A stretch of DNA of 64,000 nucleotides from Dictyostelium discoideum (lineage: Eukaryota), in the NCBI GenBank assembly GCA_000004695.1, contig CM000153.2, forward strand, positions 288,001 to 352,000. The letters run 5' to 3'. The notes under the pieces are model-generated. The model had not been told where the DNA came from. It saw only the letters and a program-made list of their open reading frames with translations, and did no database searches. The position numbers and the translations under genes are program-made. Shown here piece after piece: positions 55,211 to 64,000 of this stretch; within the stretch, counting starts at the first letter, position 1; the number at the start of each line of letters is the position of its first letter.

Positions 55211-55819
55211 TTAGGATATTTTTGGTTTATTTAATTTCTTATTAAAAAATACAATTAAAAGTATTGAAATTATTAAAGATAATAAAACTAAACAACAATT
55301 AAAAAAGGTATTTAAAACATAAGAATCTGAATATTGTAATGATAATTTAATATAGTATTTAATTGGTTCAATTGAATCTGTTGAAACTAGAAAATAAAAA
55401 CCACTACCACTAGATAGATTTCCATTTGTTTTCCCATCATTTAATGGTTTACTAAAAAAATCTAAAAATGATAATGGTTCAATTGAACCTTGTGAAAGGT
55501 GTATAGAAACTAAACCATTTTGATTTGAATTTGAATCTAATACTAATGATAAATAACCAACACCAGTTCTATATAACACTGAATGACCTTTCTTAATTAT
55601 ACCACTAATTTCTTCTAATGAATCGTTACTTAAATATTCTCCTAATTTAATAATTAAAAAACAATTATTAAAAGATTATAAAAATAAATATATATATTAA
55701 TTTTTTTTTTTTTTTTTATTATTTTATTTACCCTCTTTTCCAGATTTAACATACTTTTTCATTAAATAGCAATGTAATAATATTACAATTATTAATAGTA
55801 TTGTTATTGACCTTTTCAT
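55211..55819 (-). CDS. Small signal-peptide + C-terminal-TM protein (172 aa), 2 exons, no recognisable family
   Basis: Exon 1 55819..55732 (MKRSITILLIIVILLHCYLMKKYVKSGKE; donor G|GTAAAT). Exon 2 55641..55211 (acceptor ..aattag|GA). Phase 1 is consistent. A C-terminal hydrophobic stretch is followed by NKKLNKPKIS. Confidence 0.5.
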
Positions 55820-56000
55820 TTTTTTTTTTTTTTTTTAAATATCACACTGACACACCCAATTTATAAAAAAAAAAAAATAAAAAAAAATAAAAAATAAAAA
55901 TAAAAAAAAAATAAAAAAAATAAATACAAGTTTATTGTAAATAAAAAAAAAAAAAAAAAATTAAAAAGAAATGAATAAAAAAATAAGGTTGTGAATGATT

Positions 56001-56036
<36 letters not shown>

Positions 56037-56195
56037 AAATATTAATAAAATTATCTCATTTATTTAGTACAATCAAATTTTTCCTTTTTTTTTTCTTTTT
56101 TTTTTTTTTTTTTATAAATCTGCGCTTATTAAAATTATGGCTATATTTTTATTTTTTCTGGAAAAACAAATTGAAAAGGTTTTTTTTGATATCCA

Positions 56196-56322
56196 AAAAT
56201 AAAAGAGGAGAAAAGGGAAATAAGAAAAGATAAAAAAAAAGAGAAGAAAAAGGAGAGAAGAAAAAAGAGAGAAAAAAAAAGAGAGAAAAAAAAAAGAAGG
56301 AAAAAAAGAAGGAAAAAAAGAA
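56196..56322. repeat. Polypurine (A/G-only) tract, ~125 nt with two single-T interruptions
   Basis: aaaagaggagaaaagggaaa...gagaagaaaaaggagagaag...gaaggaaaaaaag seen directly. Polypyrimidine on the strand of the upstream small gene. Confidence 0.85.
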
Positions 56323-56810
56323 TTTGGGAGAATGATAGAAAGAAAAGAATTTGTTAGTCAATGTTTATTTTTTAAAGAGGAAAAAAAAAAAAAAAGAATT
56401 GGAAAAATTAACAAAAATAAATAAAACAAAATGCATATGTTGATATCAAATTATGGTTATATTATTATTACTATTATTATTATTATTATTAAGTTATTTC
56501 TATTTGTTTTTTTTTTTTTGGTTTGTTTTTTTTTAAACCTGAGATATTTTAATAGAGTGAGAGAAGAACCATAAAGAGATTTTATAAGAGAGACTAATAA
56601 AACAAACTACTACTACTAAACAACTGCCACTGGATCCTTGGATATAGCGCGATATTTTTTAAAAAAGAGAGAGAGAGAAGAAAACGATCGAGTTACTTCT
56701 TTTGTCGAGACAATCTTTTAAAAATGGAAGCCAACCACAGAATATTCGAGTAGAGTAAATGAGAATTTTTTGATTGAATGGTTGATTGGATTGATTGAGA
56801 TTGATTTTTG

Positions 56811-56846
<36 letters not shown>

Positions 56847-56913
56847 TGGATATATATATAAAATAACAAAAATATAATAAATAAATAAATATAAATAAAT
56901 AAATTAAATTAAT

Positions 56914-58023
56914 TTATACCTTTAAATCTTTGATTGATTCACCAACGGTAAGAACTCTTAAACTGTTGGTTTTACCTGGTACACCTTCCATAACACCAGA
57001 AACAATGACAACTCTTGAACCTTTTTTACATAAGTTATGTTTCATAGCATATTCGAGACAAGATTCAACGAGTTTATCAGTGCCGACCAATGATTCTACC
57101 AAGAATGGAATGGCACCTCTAGTGGCGAGTAAATGTTTAACAGTGTATGACCATGAAGTGACGGCAATGATTGGAATGGATGGACGATATTTACTGACGA
57201 GACGAGCAGTGAGACCGGTTTCAGTGAGTGTGATGATGAGATCAGCCTTCAAATCGATAGCGGTTGCGACGGCGTAAGAAGCAACGGTTTCAGCAATGCT
57301 GACTGGTTTGGCTGATGATAATTTAAGGGCAGCGAATAAAGTTTGATAATCAGTTGAAGATTCTACCAACTCTGCTTCTCTACAGATCTTTGCCATAATG
57401 TCTACGGCTTCGTATGGGTAATCACCGCTTGCGGTTTCACCTGAAAGCATAACACAATCGGAACCATCTAAAACGGCATTGGCAACATCGGTAGCTTCAG
57501 CACGGGTTGGTCTTGGATTCTTGATCATTGATTCCAACATTTGAGTGGCGGTAATTACTGGTTTACCGGCGGCATTACATTTACTAACGATCATCTTTTG
57601 AGCGACGAAAATCTTCTCCATTTGAACTTCAACACCTAAATCACCACGAGCAACCATAATACCATCGGAAACCTCTAAAATTTCATTAAAGTTATCAACA
57701 CCCTCTACGTTTTCAATCTTTGAAATGATTTGAATATCTTTACCTTTTTCACCTAAAATTTCTCTAATCTCATTAACATCATCTGCTTTTCTAATGAATG
57801 AAGCTGCAATGAAATCAACATTTTGTTCAACACCAAATTTAATATCAAGAATATCCTTTTCTGAAACTGCTGGTAAATTAACAATAGCACCTGGTAAATG
57901 TACATTTTTATTTTCACCAAGACGTGAATTATTATTAACTCTACAAACAACATGACTAATAATTAAAAAAATTAAAAAAATAAAGTATTAATATTAGTAT
58001 ATATTTATATTTATAAAATAATA

Positions 58024-58090
<67 letters not shown>

Positions 58091-58711
58091 TACCCTTTTT
58101 CTTTTTCAACTGCAGTAATAGATAATGAAATTACACCATCAGCAATTAAAATGTAACCACCAACTTTAACTGAATCTAATAAACCTTTATAATCGATTGA
58201 AATTCTAAATGAAGTACCTGGTTGATTCATATTGGTATCAACGAGGATTTCTTGGCCAACGAATAAATCAACATAACCACAACGATCTTCAATTTTACCA
58301 GTTCTAATTTCTGGACCTTTAGTATCTAACATAATAGCAATAATTTTACCTGTTTTCTCCATTGCTGATCTAACATTTTTAATAACTTGACCATGATACT
58401 AGTATAATTATTTAAAAAAAATAATAAAATTAATTAGTATTATTTTTATTTTTTTTATTTTTTATTTTTTATTTATTTTTTTTAAAAAATTAAAACGATA
58501 AAAAAAAAAAAAAAAAAAAAGTGTAAAAACTTACATCATGAGTACCATGTGAAAAGTTGAGTCTACAAACGTTCATACCAGTTTCGATTAATTTAATTAA
58601 AGCTTCTTCACTCATTGTTTTTGGACCAATTGTACAAACAATTTTGGTTCTAACAAAAGTTGAGGTTGGTGTATCTAATGATAAACGTAAATTACGTGAT
58701 AATGTGGCCAT
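56914..58711 (-). CDS. pyk: Pyruvate kinase, 3 exons, 507 aa
   Basis: Exons 58711..58535 (donor GAT|GTAAGT), 58398..58094 (acceptor ..actag|TAT; donor GG|GTAAAT) and 57955..56914 (acceptor ..attag|T). Phases 0/2 are consistent. Collinear with PK: [58 protein letters not shown], and the C-terminal allosteric domain. Intron 2 carries an (AAT)n tract. Confidence 0.88.
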
Positions 58712-59712
58712 TATTTAATGTATATGTATATGTATTTGTTAAAAAAATATTAAAAAATAAAAAAAGAAAAAAAAAAAAAAAAATTAAAAAATTAAAAAAA
58801 TTTTGAACACCAAAAAAAATAAAAAAAAAATAAAAAAAAAATAAAAATTTAAAAAAAAAAAAAAAAATAAAAAAAAAAAATTTATTGACTATCCCGAGGA
58901 TTTAATATTAAAAAAAAAAAAAAACAATTCATGACCAGCCCTAATCATAAAAAAACCACTAAAACATGCAAAGATTGAAAAAAAAAAAAAATAAAAATAA
59001 AAAAAAAAAACAAAATTAAAAAAAAAAGTTTTGAAAATATATTTTTTTTTTCTTTGCTGACCTGGACCCAATATTTTCGTAAAAAGACAACCACAACCCC
59101 TGTTCCTAATCGGAGTCGGTCAAAACACCTTCATTATAATTTTATTTTATTTTTTTTTATTTTATTTTTTAATTTTAATTTTAGATATTGATAAAAATGC
59201 AAAAGAAAAAAAAAAAAAAAAAATATTTTCGTTTTTATTTTTTTTTATTTTTTTTTTAGTTTTATTTAAAAAAAAAAAAAAAAAATAATAATTTAATTGT
59301 TTTATTTTTTTATTTTTTTTTTTATTTTTATTTTTGTTTTTTTTTTCATTTTTTATTTATTTTTTTTTATTCACTATCTATTATGAATAGCAGAAATTAT
59401 TCGATTGAAACCTCTTCAAATAAAATTATATACTTTTTTTTATTTTTTTTTTATTTATTTTTTTTTTTTTAATACCAAAAAATAAAATATCCTCTCGTTG
59501 TTCTTCAAAATAAAAAATAAAATATAAAAAAACAAATTTAGTTTTTGATTGAAAAAAAAAAAAAAAAAAAAAAATTAAATAAAATTAAATAAAGTTTTTA
59601 TTTTTTTATTTATTTTTTCAAGACTGACTTAAATTGAGATTATTTTTATGGAAATAATTATTCAGTTGGATAAATTTCATAATATTCAATGGCATACTTA
59701 TGATGAATGATT

Positions 59713-60447
59713 TATTTTTAAATTAGTACAACTTTTTTTTAATCAATGTAAAAATATTGAATAATATAATATAATTATTATAACTTACTTCTCTAAGTTC
59801 TTCACGTGTAATACATTTGTCATCATCAGAATCCACATCTTCAAACATTGAGTTGGCAAAGACTTTAGCTTGAGCTTCATTTGAACCACTAGTAACAAAA
59901 AATTGTCTGGCCTCATCCCAAGTAATTTTATTATCTTTATTTGAATCAGCCTATAAAATTTTATTTATTTTTTTATTTTTAAAAATATTAAATTTCAATT
60001 ACTATGTTTTTATGGGAAAGATTAATATTTATATATTTAATATAAATATATATATATTACCTTAAAAATAGAATCAACGAATTTTTTTAAACAAGTTTCA
60101 GCTTCAATAATATAATCTACAAGTAATGCAGTTTTAACTTCATTAACCGAAAGTTTTCCATCTTTGTCAAGATCAAATAGTTCTAATAATGAATTGGTTA
60201 CCAAGGTTGGGTTTGGGTATTTGCATTTCTTGAACAATTCATAAAGTTCTTTCTTTGATAATTGGTTATCACCATTTTTATCACCTGCTTTAATCATTTC
60301 ATTCTTTAATTTAAAAATATAAAATAAATTTTTTTTTTTTTTTTTTTTTAACGTTAAAAAAAGTTTAACATATTAGTTAATAAATATTTAAACAATACTT
60401 ACTGTTGCATTTGTTAAATCTTCAAGAAATTCCTTTTTAGTAACCAT
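59713..60447 (-). CDS. Four-EF-hand calcium-binding protein (calmodulin-like/CBP type), 3 confident exons plus a tentative 9-nt terminal exon
   Basis: Exons 60447..60403 ([15 protein letters not shown]; donor ACA|GTAAGT), 60303..60061 (donor AAG|GTAATA) and 59950..59789 (donor GAA|GTAAGT). All phase 0. EF loops [36 protein letters not shown] and [15 protein letters not shown] possible last exon 59721..59713 (TTG TAC TAA) follows acceptor ..aaaaaaag; otherwise the ORF reads through into the intron for ~20 codons. Confidence 0.65.
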
Positions 60448-61227
60448 TTTTAATTCTTTTTTTTATGTTTAAGTTAATTTGTTAATAAAAAAAAAAAAAA
60501 AAAAATTAATCTTAAATACTTTTTTTTATTTTTTTTTTAATTAATTATTAATAATTTTTAATTTTTTTAATACCAATATTTTGAGCAGTTTGGCAGTTCA
60601 ATTGTTTACCAAGTTACAAATTTAGATTAAAAAGTGTGAAGTAAAAGGGTTGAATTTTTTTTTTTTTGTAAAATTTTGATGTGGGAAATAAAAACAGTTT
60701 TGGTTTTTTTTTTTTTTTTTTTAATAATATGGTATTATTTGATTATCAAGATTAAAAAATAGAACCACAGCCTCCCCCAATAAAAAAATTTAAATAAAAT
60801 AAAAAAATAAAAATATAAGAACCCACACCAAAAATAAAAATTATTATAATTCCCATTTTTTATTTTTTTATTTAAATTATTATATTCATTTTCTAATTTT
60901 TTACCCATTTAAAACAGTTTAAACAGTTTTCAAAATCACAAATCATCAATTGAAAACCTAATGGATCTCAATGGGGGTGGGTAAGAGTGTTTAAACATTT
61001 TTTTTTTTTTATTTTTTATTTTTTATTTTTTTTATTTCCTTATGTTGATTTTGTTTTTTTAAATTTAATTATTATTTTTTTTACAAATTGATTTTTTTTA
61101 TTATTTTATTTAAAATTATGTTGAATTTATGATTTTATATAATTTTATAATAACAATCTTAACTTCACCACTTTAAATCTAAGCACAAAACCCAAAATTA
61201 GAACTCCAGCCACCTAACAGTTATATA

Positions 61228-61293
<66 letters not shown>

Positions 61294-61611
61294 ATTAGAA
61301 TTTAATTATTAATATAAATATTATATACATATATTATATTTTTTTAAAAAATGTATATTTTTAATATTATTATTATTATTATTTTTTTTTTTGATCAATT
61401 CTTTTTTAATTTTTTTTTTTTTTTTTGTTGTAATTAAAATAATTATTTATTTCATTTTGATGTAAAATGAAAAAAAAATACATTCTGAATAATATATAAA
61501 ATAATGGTTTAAGTGATATTGATAATTATTATTATTATTATTTTTTTTTTTTAATTTATTTTTATTTTTATTTTTTTTATTTTTTTTTATTTTTTTTTTA
61601 TTTTTATTTTA

Positions 61612-62347
61612 TTAATCAGATTCATCAGAATCATCATCATCATCATCAGAATCATCAGAGTCATCAGATTCTTCTTCGGCAGATTTTAACCAATCGATAA
61701 AACCTTTACATTTCTTTAAATAAAAACCATCATCTTCTTCATCTCCTTCAATTTCTTCAGCCCATTCAAAGATTGCCTCTTCAGAGATAACATCATTTTC
61801 ATAGAGTTGATGTAAGATTGGTTGAAAGACCACTTTGAATTTCTCATTTTCATCACAAAAATCTTGAATTTTAAAGATAAGATCTACCATACTATCTTCA
61901 CTTGAGAATTTAACCAACAATGGTGAGAAAGCTGAGATTCTACCAGCGATAAATTGTTGCAACTCTTTTGGAGTGACACTATCGGTAGTTGAGGAGGATG
62001 ATGATGATGATTCCAATAAAACTGGTAAAATACTTGTTAAACAATCTAAACCATCTCTATCATAAGCGAATTTCAAACCATTGATTTCTAATTGAATATT
62101 CTCTAAAGGTAATTTCTCTATAATACCACGTCTAATTGTATCACCAACTTCACGATGAAATTTAACTGAATCAGGTTCAATTGGATTATCATCATTATTT
62201 TTATTATTTTTAATTTTACCACCTGATTTATCACCTTCATCACCAGATTCATCAGATTCAATATCATCATGAATTGAATCATTAATTCTTGGTACTAATT
62301 CATTATATAATTCATTTTCCATTAACCATCTATTTGTTTTATTATTT

Positions 62348-62378
<31 letters not shown>

Positions 62379-63949
62379 CATCATTTAAATTAATTTCTTT
62401 AAAATATTCTTCTAATAATTCTTCATCATCTTCATCTTCATTATATTGAGCCATTGTAATTTTTGAGAAAGGTTCTAATGTTTTCGATTGACCAATGTAA
62501 ACATTGAAACCAATGATTGAACCACGACCAATGATAGAGGATGATTTAATGATGGAACCATTGCAAATGATTGAATGATCAATGATTGCATTATCTTGAA
62601 TGGTGACATCATCCCAAATGTAGGAACCATTGATTTTGACATTCTTACCAATGATACAATTTCTACCGATAGTTGAATGACTAACGATTGAACCAGCGCC
62701 AATCTCAGTTTGAGTTCCAATAACAGTCTCATCAGAGATCAAACAATCACCCAACAATTTCACATTCTTCTCTTTGTAAATCATTTGACGGGATAATGAA
62801 TAACTTGAATTGCACATGAAATTGTTATCTGGCACCATTGGGAATGTCCAACGGTGAATGATATCCTTACTAACGGAATGGTAGGTACGTAAATCTTTAA
62901 CTCTTGCGGCGTATTCACCTTGTAAAACGTAGGCTGACAATTTGTAATCCAATAGATCACTGGTGAGAATATCGTGAATGAAATCCTTACGAATGTCTGC
63001 AAAATCAAAATTATCATTAAACAATGCCAATACCTCTGGTGAACAAATATCGATATGACAATCGATTAAATCATATCTCATTTGAATAGATGGATGTTTT
63101 TGAAACAATTCAACACTAATCGATGATTTCTTCTTACTTGGTGAATTATCATAACATACAACTTGCATAGTATCTCTATTACACCAAATAACTGTATCAT
63201 CTTGTTTACTTCTAGTTCTATGTGTTGATGATGCTTGTTTATATACCATAGTCATAATATTATTTTTATCTAATTCTCTTCTATCCCTAATTTATAAAAA
63301 TAAAATAAAATAAATAAAATATTATTAATAAATATTAATTTTATATATATATATATTGGTATATATGCTTATATTTATATTTACTTATGAATTTGTAATG
63401 CTTTTTGTAAATTCATATTTGAAACAACATCACCAGAGATTAGAATGAAATCTGATTGAATGACTTGAGCATCATAAACACCACGAAGAGCATCACCTGT
63501 AGTTCTACAATTTGAACCTGTCATACAAATTACTTGAACACCTGGAAGATCATGCCATCTTGATGATTGAATATATTCTTTAATTTGTGATGCATGTGCA
63601 CAACAAAATACAAATATTTGTTGTACTCCTGATGCTGCTAAAAATTCTAATGTATAATCTAATAATGGTATATTAACTAATGGTAATAATGTCTATTTAA
63701 AGAAAAAAAAAATAATATATTAGCATTTTAATCTTGAATTTCACCCCACCACCCCCTCTAATTGGGTTGAGTGTTTTTGAATTTTAATTTGAATTGTTTT
63801 GAATTTACTCTTGGTTTTTCTAAAGTGATTGGTGCGAATTTTCTATCAAAACTATCACCTAAAACAACTGCTTGAAGAATATCTTCACTTTTTAATTGAT
63901 CCATATTGGATGATCCACTTTGTTTATTTTTTTTATCATTTTTTGACAT
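61612..63949 (-). CDS. eif2b5: Translation initiation factor eIF2B epsilon subunit, 3 exons, ~707 aa
   Basis: Exons 63949..63809 (MSKNDKK...LQAVVLGDSFDRKFAPITLEKPR; donor AGA|GTAAAT), 63692..63385 (TLLPLVNIPLLDYTLEFLAASGVQQIFVFCCAHASQIKEYI...; donor AA|GTAAAT) and 63286..61612. Phases 0/2 are consistent. N-terminal nucleotidyl-transferase-like region, hexapeptide (left-handed beta-helix) repeats IGxxxxI, and C-terminal W2 domain with an acidic AA-box tail (...EEESDDSDDSDDDDDDSDESD). Confidence 0.85.
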
Positions 63950-64000
63950 TTTGTAAATATATATATAAATAAAACAAAAAATAAAAAATAAAAATAAATA

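Noticed and set aside
56914-57277. Plus-strand ORF 56930..57277 antisense to pyruvate kinase; ORFs 62475..62732 and 62781..63017 inside eIF2B-epsilon; 11365..11637 inside PP5
   Set aside because: Antisense or alternative-frame ORFs within well-supported conserved genes.

Overview
AT-rich (~75-80% A+T) nuclear segment with the hallmarks of Dictyostelium discoideum-type social amoeba DNA: poly-Q/poly-N coding tracts, long homopolymer A/T intergenic runs, and short AT-rich introns with GTAAGT donors. A 100-nt N-run at 7036-7135 is an assembly gap. The window has three parts. (1) 0-20 kb holds conserved single-copy genes: a PRXL2/FAM213-like thioredoxin-fold protein (5' partial), a very long poly-Q/N nuclear-type protein with a GLTSCR1-like segment, a SWEET (MtN3/PQ-loop) sugar transporter, protein phosphatase 5, a BRCT + coiled-coil + RRM protein, a profilin and a heterotrimeric G-protein alpha subunit. 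(2) ~20-55 kb is an accessory-type region. It contains a hAT-transposase C-terminal remnant and a secreted Ser/Thr-rich glycoprotein gene, but most of it is a ~30 kb array of recently duplicated, partly inverted units. Each unit carries a ~970-aa, 4-exon IPT/TIG-like glycoprotein gene (3 intact copies, 3 pseudogenes). In most units this gene is paired head-to-head with a small Cys-rich GPI-type protein gene (2 intact, 2 defective). The units also carry dispersed repeat modules (L, Q, R), (AAT)n and hexamer satellites, and two unusual interleaved inverted-repeat hairpins. (3) 55-64 kb holds a small membrane protein, pyruvate kinase, a 4-EF-hand calcium-binding protein and eIF2B epsilon (its first exon lies close to the 3' window edge). 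No tRNA, rRNA or CRISPR features were found. All exon boundaries were derived by hand from splice signals, reading-frame continuity and family conservation, and should be treated as models.
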